Below are positions 21,907-31,796 of a stretch of DNA of 64,000 bases, piece by piece. Source of the stretch: an uncultured Planctomycetota bacterium (GTDB lineage Bacteria > Planctomycetota > Planctomycetia > Pirellulales > Lacipirellulaceae); the NCBI GenBank assembly GCA_963719315.1, contig CAVRBU010000001.1, positions 96,001-160,000 on the forward strand. The letters are read 5' to 3'. The position numbers and the translations under genes were made by a program. The notes under the pieces are model-generated. The model saw nothing but the letters and a program-made list of their open reading frames with translations, was not told the DNA's origin and ran no database searches. The first letter of the stretch is position 1, and the number at the start of each line of letters is the position of its first letter.

Positions 21907-22253
21907 AGCGTGGGCCTCTCCCCACGGGAGAGGAAGTCGCACGTTTCGTGTATCAAGGAACGTAAACTTCCCGACTTTTGCCCGCCGCCGTGCGCGCCCC
22001 ATCGCGGGTTTTGCAGAGCGGCGCGCTCGGCTGGTCGAGCAAAACGAAAGACTTTTGTACGCGTTCTATGGGACCCCTACCAGGCGCCCAATTCTAACGC
22101 GTGGCCACACAAGAGGTTAGCAACCGAGCGCACGAAACCCCGCGGGCAAAAGTCACGAAAACGCCAGAACGGCGCGATTACGCGCAAGACAATCCAAAAG
22201 ATCGGTCCAAAACTCGACTTCTTACTCCGTGCTCCCTGCCCCGTGCTCTCAGC

Positions 22254-23213
22254 TTACGCCGGCTTCATTCCCTTCGGAATATCCCGCAGCCGCACGACGT
22301 CCCATGCCAGGCCGACCTTTTCCATCAGCCAGATCATGTAGTACGTCACGTCGATTTCCCACCAGCGGTGACCCTGGCTAGCGACGCGTTGGTAAGCGTG
22401 GTGATTGTTGTGCCAACCCTCGCCGAACGCGAGCAGGCCGACCCACCACAAGTTGCGGCTGTCGTCGGTCGTTTCATAACGCCGCGTGCCCCACATGTGT
22501 GTCACGGAGTTGATCATCCAGGTCACGTGCAGCACGTACACCATCCGCACGCCGAGGCCCCAGAGCATCATCGACAACCCGGCCCGCCAGCCGCCCAGGC
22601 CAACCGCCGTGCCGAATTCGCCAATCAGAAACAGGATCACGCCCGTCGCAATGTGCGACGGCAGGAATAGATGATGAATCACCACCATCATCTTGTCCTT
22701 CAAGATATCGGGCGCGTACTTCTCGACGAGCTCCTTGTGCCACCGCCGACCGAAGTTGGGCATGAACCACAGCATGTGGCTCCACCACGCGCCGTCGCGC
22801 GGCGAATGCGGGTCGCCCTCTTTGTCGCTGAAGAAATGGTGCTTGCGATGGTTAGCCACCCAGGTGAGCGCCGAGCCTTCGCCCGACAGTCCGCCGACGA
22901 ACGCCAACAGCCACCGCACGGGTCGATACGTTTTGAAGCTGCCGTGCGTCAGGCAGCGGTGATAACCCATGCAAACGCCCATCGAGCCCGTCAGCAAGAT
23001 CAGAATCGCACAGGTCAACATTGCCTGCCAACTGAAGAAGAACGGCGCGACCAGCGCGAGCGCGTGAACCAACCCGATCCAGACCACCACAGGCCAATCG
23101 ATGCCCTGCCGAACCAATTCCGCGGCGCCGGCTCCTGGCGCCAACGCGCCTTCGGCGCCGTTCGCGCTCGCCGTGGACAATTCGAAATTCCCGTCGCGGG
23201 CGCGCTGGCGCAC
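22254..23213 (-). CDS. Acyl-CoA (delta-9-type) fatty acid desaturase; true start possibly 23296 across a frameshift
   Basis: Three His boxes HRCLTH, HRKHH, HNNHH; GEGWHNNHH; WWEID. Confidence 0.93.
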   Translation of the reverse strand: MRQRARDGNFELSTASANGAEGALAPGAGAAELVRQGIDWPVVVWIGLVHALALVAPFFFSWQAMLTCAILILLTGSMGVCMGYHRCLTHGSFKTYRPVRWLLAFVGGLSGEGSALTWVANHRKHHFFSDKEGDPHSPRDGAWWSHMLWFMPNFGRRWHKELVEKYAPDILKDKMMVVIHHLFLPSHIATGVILFLIGEFGTAVGLGGWRAGLSMMLWGLGVRMVYVLHVTWMINSVTHMWGTRRYETTDDSRNLWWVGLLAFGEGWHNNHHAYQRVASQGHRWWEIDVTYYMIWLMEKVGLAWDVVRLRDIPKGMKPA

Positions 23214-23470
23214 AGCAGTTTACGATTCACTCCGCGATGGTCGCGGACTTTATCCTCAGTGCGAGTCAGCAAACCGACCGTTTCCTGATCGTTCATCTTC
23301 TCTGGGTTCCCTACATAAAGTTATCGGTTGCCGCCAATCACCAACCGAAAGGGTGTTGATGATAAGACGTATCAATAAGCCAAGCAGCGCTAAATCATAG
23401 GCTCAGTGCTCACAAAGGGCTAGCCCAAAGAACCCAGTCCGCCTTCGGCCTCGATTCGCAAACTAAAGGT

Positions 23471-23863
23471 TTATGGCTGCCCGCGGGCGGCCCCGAAAAA
23501 ACTCGAATCACAATGCCAAGTCCCGACTTTCAGCGGCACGCCGTCCGCCACGTGGAATTGGATCGTTCCGACCCGATTCGTGGCCAATACCCGCGCTCCG
23601 GACCGTTCGTATGTTTTAGTGACGAGCTCGATCTCATCCCCGCCGCCGCCGCTGATCACTACCCAATTCGGTGTGCTCCAAGCGGCGAAGCCCGGCGGAT
23701 CGCTTCGCCGGCTGCCGTGGTGCGGCGCGAGAAGGATGTCGCAGTCGTAGGACTTCTCGGCCATCACGTCGTCGATGCCGGGCGATTCCAAGTCGCCGGG
23801 CAACAACAGCCGCCGACCCGCGTACTCCACCCCCAACGTGACGCTATTCGCGTTATCGCTTCC
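23471..23863 (-). pseudogene. comEC: ComEC/Rec2 C-terminal fragment (distal half of the metallo-beta-lactamase domain), separated by the integrated element
   Basis: GSDNANSVTL..LLLPGDLE..APHHGS..VVISGG continues in frame the N-part that ends in GSDNAN at 36513. Confidence 0.93.
23846..23863. repeat. att core, left direct repeat (18 bp)
   Basis: ATTCGCGTTATCGCTTCC, identical to 36513-36530. Confidence 0.95.
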
Positions 23864-23912
23864 AATTCTGGTTACCGTGGATTCGTTGGCGGTCGCATAA
23901 GGATTCAACACC

Positions 23913-24092
23913 ATGCCCCAAGAAAAGATGACGTGGCTACAGTGGCAGCGACGGCAAGCGATCAAGCAGTTGGAGCGAAATAGACTGAAAAGAAAGGCTA
24001 AGCGTCAACGGAAGGCGATGAAGATTGAGTTTGATGATGAGCGGATTGCAATGTTAAGAGCACGCCTAATCGCACTGGAGAAAGCCGTCTAA
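23913..24092 (+). CDS. Small basic protein (59 aa, MPQEKMTWLQWQRRQAIKQLERNRLKRKAK...LEKAV); candidate recombination directionality factor
   Basis: Translated by hand (shorter than any ORF in the track); AAGGA ribosome-binding site about 9 nt upstream; first ORF inside the element. The function is inference only. Confidence 0.5.
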   Translation: MPQEKMTWLQWQRRQAIKQLERNRLKRKAKRQRKAMKIEFDDERIAMLRARLIALEKAV

Positions 24093-24222
24093 AAGAAAGT
24101 TCGTGTCGATAATAATTAAGAGCCGGTGTGCGGGGTAGCTCCCACGCATAGTCCTGCCAACACGTTAAGTCGTTTGTCCTCGCTAAACGTGTTGGCGGGC
24201 GTCCCGGTTCAGAGGACAAAAA

Positions 24223-24891
24223 ATGAAACTAATCAATGGTCGATGGTCTGCGATAGATTACGTTGAACAAGAAACCAAAACTGGCAAAGCAAGTCGGGTC
24301 ATTCGGCCTTTTGCCATCGGCCCAAAAGATCGGGTTCTGATCGTTGGTCGCAAGTCTGGCCGCGAGCGAGACAAGAATCTCAAAGATTCTATCGCCAGTC
24401 TGACCCAGGTCGTTGAATCGGCAGGCGGAACTGTGGTAGGCAGCTTCGGTTGGAAAGGCTCGGGGTGGGATCCTGATTGGATAGCCGCCGCAGTGCTGCG
24501 GGCACGGCGAATGGGGGCTACTGTACTCTTGGCTGAAACCACAGATCGTTTCATTCGCAACTTGCATTATCATAGTGCCGACAATCCCGATCTCCAGGCT
24601 ACAGATGAGCAGCTAGATGAGGCAGCTCGACTTGCGGACGGGATGACATTAATGACTCACCTAAATCCGGACGCTACGCCAAGTGAGGTTCGAGGCTACC
24701 AGTCTGCTCGCGGTCAGCGAATCAAAAACCGGACAGGTGGGCGGCCAAGGAATCCAGGTTCTACGAGGCACAGACGGTGGGCCAATCTCGTAGACGTGAG
24801 GCGGGCCCGAAGACGAGGCATGAGCCTGCGGGAAATTGCGGTGGACTTCGGGATTTCAAAGTCCGTTATCTATGACTGGTTGAATAGATAG
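24223..24891 (+). CDS. Divergent small serine recombinase (resolvase/invertase-like) with C-terminal HTH
   Basis: VGRKS (catalytic RxS), ETTDRFIR (DRxxR), GGRPR hinge, MSLREIAVDFGISKSVIYDWL HTH. Confidence 0.7.
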   Translation: MKLINGRWSAIDYVEQETKTGKASRVIRPFAIGPKDRVLIVGRKSGRERDKNLKDSIASLTQVVESAGGTVVGSFGWKGSGWDPDWIAAAVLRARRMGATVLLAETTDRFIRNLHYHSADNPDLQATDEQLDEAARLADGMTLMTHLNPDATPSEVRGYQSARGQRIKNRTGGRPRNPGSTRHRRWANLVDVRRARRRGMSLREIAVDFGISKSVIYDWLNR

Positions 24892-25087
24892 TCAGCGGGT
24901 GTCCGGTTTTTGACCGGATTTACACTGTAAGATTTCAGTTCACCCACGTATTTGCAGTGTTTCTTGCAGACCGATGCTGCAAAAAGCTATCGAAAACCGT
25001 TACAATAGCTCCCACGCCATATTACTACTCGTCACGGGGTTTCGCGTGTGGGAATCGACGGCTCCCGGCACATGATTCGGGTAGCCG

Positions 25088-25633
25088 CTACTTCCCGCCG
25101 ATCTGCTCTATTATCTCAACGATCTTGGGTACACTTTCATCGTGATTGCGATAGAAAGGGTTCTTTTGCAATTCGATGCCAGCGTTTTCGTAACGGGCTC
25201 GGCGATTGACCCCATCCCAGTCGACAGGCATCTTGGTGCGATGTAGGAGTTCGTCCTCTTCCTTTGTAATTGTCGCAATCTCCCAATGTTTATTCAAAAG
25301 GTCTTCCACGAAATCGACCGTGAGTTCACCTTTTTTTGCTCGTTCCTCACACGGCCCTTGAATGTATTTCTGTTTAGGCACAAGGTGCTCATATCTCAGG
25401 CCCGGGTACTTCTTAGCTTTGAGCTGTTGCAGAGCGGCACTGGAAATCAAATGCGTCTTATGGTGTTTGTGCATACTTTGAAAATGACTTTGACTGGCAA
25501 AGGCATTTGATAAGAATTTGTTCAGCCCTTCCTTAAGCCCTTTTACGACTAGTTCATCCGTCCAGTCGATGCTGTTGAGCAATTTGCAGTACGATTCCGC
25601 CAGTTTCCGGTATTGTGACATTGGTCGAATCAC
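25088..25633 (-). CDS. Hypothetical protein, possible HNH/His-Me-like nuclease, overlapping the mrr stop
   Basis: YEHLVP and ITKEED motifs; ORF overlaps the end of mrr by 4 bp. Confidence 0.55.
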   Translation of the reverse strand: MIRPMSQYRKLAESYCKLLNSIDWTDELVVKGLKEGLNKFLSNAFASQSHFQSMHKHHKTHLISSAALQQLKAKKYPGLRYEHLVPKQKYIQGPCEERAKKGELTVDFVEDLLNKHWEIATITKEEDELLHRTKMPVDWDGVNRRARYENAGIELQKNPFYRNHDESVPKIVEIIEQIGGK

Positions 25634-26544
25634 TCATCTTCGTCGAAGAAATCCTCGGAGATATCCAGAAGTTCGTAATTGCGTTTCGGTGTAACGCCAA
25701 CGCGATGCTCGATCATCAACTGGCAGAGCTTATCTCCGTCGATTAGGACTACTTTCTTACCCTCGATGCGATCAACATATTCGAGTGCATCGCTGCTAAA
25801 GTGGCTCGTAGTTAGGATCACACCTTTCTTGCTGCGGTGTAGGTCCATGCTGCCAACAAACTCTTTAACGGTCGGGCTGCCGACAGTTTTTTCCCAGCGT
25901 TTCGCTTGGATACAGACTGTGTCGAGGCCCAACTTATCCTCGGAGATGATACCGTCGATTCCGCCATCGCCCGACTGCGGTGTTACCAGTCCGCTGCCGG
26001 TCACTCCGCCATATCCCATCGCTTGCAATAATCTCAGCACGACGGTCTCAAAAAAGTAGGGTGAGCATTCTTTGACTTTTTCCAACAAGTCGGTCGCTAC
26101 TTTCTTTCGCAATTGATCGTAGGCCGAGTCGATAACTTCTTCGGGCGTGGCGGTCGTCTCAATCCGCTCATCGACCGGTTCTACATCCTTATCTGTGGCC
26201 TTTCCTTTCTTGAATTCACGAAACGAGTCGTATTTTCGCAGAAAATTTTGGTCGATTTGACTTGGGTTTTGTTTAAGTACGTTACGGCCAAGTTCCGTGA
26301 TCGTAACAAAACCGCGTTTTGGCGAAGATAGAAGCCCTGCGGCTTTCAAGTAGCTGCGAGCCCAGCCGATGCGGTTGGGTACGAATCGTTTCTGTCCGCT
26401 CGGCATTTTTCGGTTGATCTCTTCGTCAGTGAGTGCGAACCCCTTGGCGAGTGGCAAATAGAGATCACGCAGACGATGATCTTGGCCATCTTCAATGGCG
26501 GTGAGGAGCGGGAGCATAAAGGCATCATACGTTGGAATAGTCAT
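25630..26544 (-). CDS. mrr: Mrr-family type IV restriction endonuclease
   Basis: Mrr_N (IPTYDAFMLPLL..NRIGWARSYLKAAGL) and catalytic DGGIDG..IQAKRW..GVILTTSHFS. Confidence 0.95.
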   Translation of the reverse strand: MTIPTYDAFMLPLLTAIEDGQDHRLRDLYLPLAKGFALTDEEINRKMPSGQKRFVPNRIGWARSYLKAAGLLSSPKRGFVTITELGRNVLKQNPSQIDQNFLRKYDSFREFKKGKATDKDVEPVDERIETTATPEEVIDSAYDQLRKKVATDLLEKVKECSPYFFETVVLRLLQAMGYGGVTGSGLVTPQSGDGGIDGIISEDKLGLDTVCIQAKRWEKTVGSPTVKEFVGSMDLHRSKKGVILTTSHFSSDALEYVDRIEGKKVVLIDGDKLCQLMIEHRVGVTPKRNYELLDISEDFFDEDE

Positions 26545-26878
26545 AGGCGGATTCTAAATTACGCGGAAGCAGCACGCGAGATAAGGAGCGACGCCGAAGG
26601 CGGAGCGACTCGGGAAGAAGCATTGGCCGATGGTGATCTCGCAGCGGTGTCTCAACGCTATTCCCGTGATGGTCTGTCAATGTCCAGTGAGACAGTGAGA
26701 AATCTTGCGAAAACGGACTTTTTTAAGTCACTATCTAGCAACGACTTGCGTCAACCGATTGCACCATTTGGTGTCTAATTGGTGCAATGACTAAACCGCT
26801 CCTTTCGTGAAACTGGTCGAGCACGGGCGGCATCGTTAGCGGCCCGCTCACTCACCCCGTTTCACAAGGAGAAATCTC

Positions 26879-27361
26879 ATGGCTACGATCACAAAGAAGA
26901 CCGCGAAGAAGTCTTCACCAGTCAAGAAGAAGACCGCCTCGAAGCAAAAGCAGTCAGTTACGGAATGGTGGCAAGATTCGTGGCAACACTTGGAAGACTT
27001 ACGCGAGAAGTACGATGGTCTTCCAGGCTTGATGGAGTACGCAACGGAAGAACTCGAAGTGAATCAAGATTGCGAAGTAGACGACATAGCAAACGAACTT
27101 CAAACTGAATCCTACTACGAGGACATGGACGTTGAAGAGTTTATCATCCTTGAAAAAGGTCCAGCGTTCATGACGAACAGAGCAATCTTCACGTGGTCAT
27201 ACAGCCACAGCAAAGATACCAAGGCTGTCGTATGTAAACTGGCAGCAGATTACGGTTTGACTTTCAATCAGCTAGTCAAACTTTACAATGCCCTGCCCAA
27301 CGAGAAAGACTGGAAAGGACAGGACGTAAAAGAGTTGTATGATCTCCACGTCAAGAAGTAA
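26879..27361 (+). CDS. Hypothetical protein with Lys-rich N-terminal tail and acidic core
   Basis: AAGGAG RBS; clean 160-aa ORF. Confidence 0.75.
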   Translation: MATITKKTAKKSSPVKKKTASKQKQSVTEWWQDSWQHLEDLREKYDGLPGLMEYATEELEVNQDCEVDDIANELQTESYYEDMDVEEFIILEKGPAFMTNRAIFTWSYSHSKDTKAVVCKLAADYGLTFNQLVKLYNALPNEKDWKGQDVKELYDLHVKK

Positions 27362-27441
27362 GTAAATCAGCTCACTCTCGCTCATGGAGGAGCGAGTGTG
27401 GGCATTGTCTTCCAAAGAGTTCAACCAATAAGGAATCTCAC

Positions 27442-27705
27442 ATGGACCACTATCAACAGTCGCACGAAACTCTGACTAGTGGAGTCAAAAAGAAGTTTGA
27501 GGATCTGGAACGGAACTACCCAGAGCCAGAGCATCAAGGTGCCTTGGCGAACTTGCGTGCAAAGGTACACAACTTCTGCACATCCGAGGTGCCGACCAAC
27601 GACGATGAACTGATGAAACTTACAAAGTCTAAAATGGATGTGATGACGGCAATACACGGAGTAGACAGTGTTCTACATCGAATGAAACTGTGGGCTAAAA
27701 AATGA
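27442..27705 (+). CDS. Hypothetical protein
   Basis: AAGGA RBS; 87-aa helical-looking ORF. Confidence 0.65.
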   Translation: MDHYQQSHETLTSGVKKKFEDLERNYPEPEHQGALANLRAKVHNFCTSEVPTNDDELMKLTKSKMDVMTAIHGVDSVLHRMKLWAKK

Positions 27706-27768
27706 ACTTGGAGTACAAGAATTGGCCCGTGAGATTGCTAGAGATTCTAGTCCACAAAACGATCTGGA

Positions 27769-28683
27769 TTAGTTTTTCTGCCGAGGCCGAGGTAGCGGTA
27801 CGATAGTCGGAACGTCGGCTTTCCAAACTTGACTTCTAGAGGTGCTTGTTGGAGGCATGGTATTATATGAGACGGTCCGTGGCACATCGGCACTAAGTGG
27901 CAGACCCGGAACAATCATTTCTGATTCGTCACAAGCCATAGTTGGAGAACTCCCATTGGCCGGAGCGGTCTGTCCTGCGTTTTTGGTATCCTGCCAAAAT
28001 GCCTTTACATGGAACCGCAACCACTGACGGTTGTGCTGATCTGGGTACTCAGTAAGCACAAATACAAATTCGTGCATTACCGACTGCTTCGGCCTTAACA
28101 CCGTTACTGTTTCAATAGTTTCGCCAGCATGTTTTAACTCATACCAATTAATATGCGGCGAATTATTTGAGATGGCGAAAATGCGACCGTGCCTACAATC
28201 GTGGGTCGGGTCCAATTTGGATAAGTCCGGGTAATCATCGTGTCTTTTCGCAATTGGCTTAAGTGGTACGTCCATAGTCGTAGCCGCATCTTTTACAATG
28301 TTACGCCGTTGATTGAAAAACTTTTGCGTGAGATACAAATCCTGTTGAGCGTCATCCGTAGGAACCCCGTCTGAGACGACCAATTGAAGTTTCTTTAACT
28401 CAGCTTCGGCTCCACCCACGTTTGTTACTACAATTCTCAGGCGTATCTCGCGGATGTCTTCGACTGAATCCGATTGTGAGATCGTTGGCGTCAAGGTAAT
28501 AGCCGGCTTGTTTTGCTGCTCGATATTTTCTGCTTGAGCCGCTGTTAGGCGATTTGGTTGGCGACCAAGAAGAAGATAGTTACCGCCAAGAACCAAGAGT
28601 GCCATTAATCCACCTGCGACTGCCCCGGGCACTCCATCATACGAAAATACTTTCGCAAGCAGTTTTTTCATCACATCGTCCAA
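27769..28683 (-). CDS. Hypothetical membrane-anchored protein
   Basis: 304-aa ORF with N-terminal TM segment (AVAGGLMALLVLGGNYLLL). Confidence 0.65.
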   Translation of the reverse strand: MDDVMKKLLAKVFSYDGVPGAVAGGLMALLVLGGNYLLLGRQPNRLTAAQAENIEQQNKPAITLTPTISQSDSVEDIREIRLRIVVTNVGGAEAELKKLQLVVSDGVPTDDAQQDLYLTQKFFNQRRNIVKDAATTMDVPLKPIAKRHDDYPDLSKLDPTHDCRHGRIFAISNNSPHINWYELKHAGETIETVTVLRPKQSVMHEFVFVLTEYPDQHNRQWLRFHVKAFWQDTKNAGQTAPANGSSPTMACDESEMIVPGLPLSADVPRTVSYNTMPPTSTSRSQVWKADVPTIVPLPRPRQKN

Positions 28684-29744
28684 TGAGTGCGGGATGTTGA
28701 GTCGAGAACCTGAGTGACTTTGTCGCGATCTGTCATGGGAAACGCTCCAAGATCAAAGTGACGCAATTTTAGCAATGAGTTCGGCGGATACCCATTAATT
28801 GCGACTTGTTGAAAATGCTGGTGCTGAGTATGCGTCGATTATCGACATTCAACGGCAAAAAACAATTAGTGAGTTCGGCGAAAAATGCAAGGAGATTCAC
28901 GAACTACACCCACCAGTTATCCACCAGATACCCCGTGCAACACAGTCCGCTCTCTCAGCAAATCCCCAGTCAACCTCACTCCAACTAGTGAGCAGACTCC
29001 GTCCAAAATCGCTAGGCAACTTCCGAACAAACGCAAGTGAGTTGGAAAAATGTGAGGCAAAAGAAAACCTCGAAAAAACAAGCAGCAAAAGCATCCTAGA
29101 CACCACACACCACACCCCACAAACCGCCGGTAAACCCCGCTCCGCAGCAACGCTCCACGAAGACAGCAAAAAAACAGAAAACGAGCCGAAGTGAATGCCT
29201 TAGTCAGTTTTGTCTAGTGCGTCCCAAGCAGTAAGACTACACTGCCACTAGATCACGATGTCTCAAACAGTGCGTACTGACCTAGGAGCAAAGACAAAAT
29301 CTAGTCACAACTAGGTAGAATCTGAGAAGCCTAACTAGAACTAGTTAACTCCCTAGTTATCATAAACGTCTGCGGCAGTTTTTTGCAGATTCTCGCCACG
29401 CTAGATTCGTCTAAAAAGAAAACTCAGGTCCCAAGAGGCCCGGCTTAGATTTTCGACGATCTGATCAACCTCGCGTCGATCTTCGATCCAAGTCTGGCTA
29501 CTCCGCGTCTAATGACCACAGCTCACGATCTAGCACGTCTGCATCGTCTCAAGCGTCGCTCACGCTGTAGATCACGCGACGATCACACTGTAGCTCCACG
29601 TCGTCTGTCAGTCGGTCGATGCTCACGCTGTCCATTTTATGGGGATCAGCGTTTCTCGCTTTGATCAATGCGTCGAACAATCACCGCGAATTTTTAGCCA
29701 GTGATCGTTCCGAAAAGAATCCGTCGATTTTATCGTTCGACCGA

Positions 29745-29806
29745 TTGACAGCGATCAAACAACCGATACGATGAAAGATAGCTAGTGGACGTGTGTACAC
29801 TAGCTA
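29745..29806 (+). promoter_or_regulatory. Putative sigma70 promoter followed by an operator-like palindrome
   Basis: TTGACA (29745)-16 nt-TACGAT (29767); TAGCTAGTG..CACTAGCTA inverted repeat 29779-29806; upstream of the rightward resolvase-terminase gene run. Confidence 0.55.
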
Positions 29807-29839
29807 GTTTTAGTCACCACGTATTTTGGAGAATCTGTC

Positions 29840-30227
29840 ATGTCTACGAAAACGAAAAAGACCGACGCAACGCCAGTCGCTCCCGCAACGGTTGTTGCTG
29901 CTCCCGCTGCTCCCGCATCGAATCGACCCGCTTACGAAAAGAAACGTATCGTTGGTGAAAAGATCGACGCAGATGATGCAGGCTGGAAAAAACACAGCCG
30001 AAGAAATCGCTAAAAGCCGTTGGTTGTTCAGCTGGCTCGCGTCAATGAGTCATTACAAATGGGCGAACGATGGGAAGAATCCACGCTACGAATTGAACGC
30101 TGCAACAACAGATTCGTATTTGATCGGAAAACCAATCGCGTTCCGTAAGCACTATTTCGATCCCGCACCCGTGGAAACAAAAGCCGACCGAAGAAAACCC
30201 GTAGCGAAGAAGACCACAGCTGCTTAA
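29840..30227 (+). CDS. Hypothetical Lys/Ala/Pro-tailed protein with an apparent frameshift near 29965
   Basis: GGAG RBS and ATG at 29840 (MSTKTKKTDATPVAPA..); plausibly continues in another frame as MMQAGKNTAEEIAK..KPVAKKTTAA. Confidence 0.5.
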
Positions 30228-30619
30228 TCACGTCACGTCACCCGCAACGCTCGCATGGCAATGCAATGTGACCGACGAATGCGAACGGCTAACTATTCCG
30301 CCTCACAACGATAGCCCGAAATGTTCCCCATCGACCGAACACCACGCTTGCAACCAATCACGATTGAGTACGACTGTAGAGGCAAACGAGTCGCAGAGGA
30401 CATTCACTAACGACTACGAGGCTCGCAGGTTCTACGTCACTAAAGACAAGGCAGGCAAACGACCTAAAGTGCGAAAGGTAGAGACATGAACTAATTGACT
30501 GCCAGGTTAGCGGAGAGTCGGTGTCTCGGTCTCACAGGAAGGGATCTCATGCCTGCACTTGAGATTTTGAGCAAGTCAACACTCCCAGTTTTTTAACCAT
30601 CATTTTCGGAGACAAACAC

Positions 30620-31238
30620 ATGAATCGTGTAGCAGTTTACATTCGCGTATCAACAACGGATCAAGAGAAAGGAATTGACTCACAGAAACGAGCAATCCGC
30701 CAATACCTGAAAGGTCACAACATTTCCAAGTCACGTTGGTTCGTTGATAGAATCTCGGGCAACTCGCTGAAACGTCCAAAGCTAGATCGACTCAAGCGTG
30801 CCATTTTCAATGGAGAAGTGAAAACCGTAATCGTTTGGTCACTCGACCGGATTACGAGACGCGGACCAAGAGACGGATTGGAGTTGCTTTCCAGTTGGAT
30901 GAAAAAAGGAGTTCGATTAGTTACCGTCACGGAACAGTTGGACTTGAACACAGACGCAGGTGAAATGATTGCGTCACTCTTGTTCAGCATCGCCAAAATG
31001 TACAGGACCAAACTCATTGAAAACACGAAACGTGGACTCGAAGCGGCCCGTGCACGTGGAGTCAAACTGGGTAAAAGACCGGGCAAGTGGACCGTTGGAG
31101 GTTAAACCGTTGCACGATGCGGGAATGTCGCCACCCGATATCGCTCGCAAGCTGGGGCGGACCCGTCAAGCGGTTCATAACGTGCTGAACGGTAAGACGG
31201 CAACGTGGAAGCCAGAGCAAGCGAAAAAAGCCCAGTAA
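30620..31238 (+). CDS. Serine resolvase/invertase; frameshift near 31100 separates the HTH
   Basis: VAVYIRVST, DRITR, GVKLGKRP; HTH (MSPPDIARKLGRTRQAVHNVL) in the next frame. Confidence 0.88.
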
Positions 31239-31340
31239 AACCATAGCTAGAATTAGGGATGACGATTTATAGGGATGCCTGGTAGAATTGGGATACCACG
31301 AGATACAAGCCAATTGTCGAGTGCGTAGAGTGAGCTACAA

Positions 31341-31796
31341 ATGAAAACGAAAAAGATCAAGACGCCAAAGCTAAAAACCAAGAGACACAACAAAATCCGT
31401 CTCTACGGTAAAAGAATCGTCAAGCTGCCATACCCGATAACCGGTAAGAAAGACAAAGGGTTCAGACTCCGCCAAATCACGGAGGCAGACAACCGATTCG
31501 CTGTGGTCAAGACAATGAAGCAACGTCTCAAGCAGTTGATCGAAGATGCAGACATTACTTCCATTCAAAGCGAATGGCTGGCTGCGAGAGCGGTCTTCAT
31601 TGTCGGTTATCTAGAGAGCCTAGAAGTTGATGCGTTGGATGGAAAACAGATTGATTGGACGAAGTATCTGCAAGCGACTCGTTCGCTCACTGACGTGCTG
31701 AACAAACTGGGTCTGGACAAGGTGTTGAAGTCCGCCCAGCGTCTCGAAAATTATGTGGCAAACTACAACGATGAGCAGTTGAAGATTCGGAAGTGA
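31341..31796 (+). CDS. Hypothetical protein, candidate terminase small subunit
   Basis: 151 aa; its stop overlaps the GTG start of the terminase large subunit (GTGA). The call is positional only. Confidence 0.45.
   Translation: MKTKKIKTPKLKTKRHNKIRLYGKRIVKLPYPITGKKDKGFRLRQITEADNRFAVVKTMKQRLKQLIEDADITSIQSEWLAARAVFIVGYLESLEVDALDGKQIDWTKYLQATRSLTDVLNKLGLDKVLKSAQRLENYVANYNDEQLKIRK

Noticed and set aside
23864..23965. In-frame upstream extension (ATG at 23914) giving the comEC C-fragment its own start
   Set aside because: No clear RBS, and it is antisense to the excised integrase tail and small ORF; may be chance, so not claimed as an expressed split protein.
28799..29194. 131-aa + strand ORF in the element
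   Set aside because: TTG start, no RBS, low-complexity composition and no motif; probably spurious.
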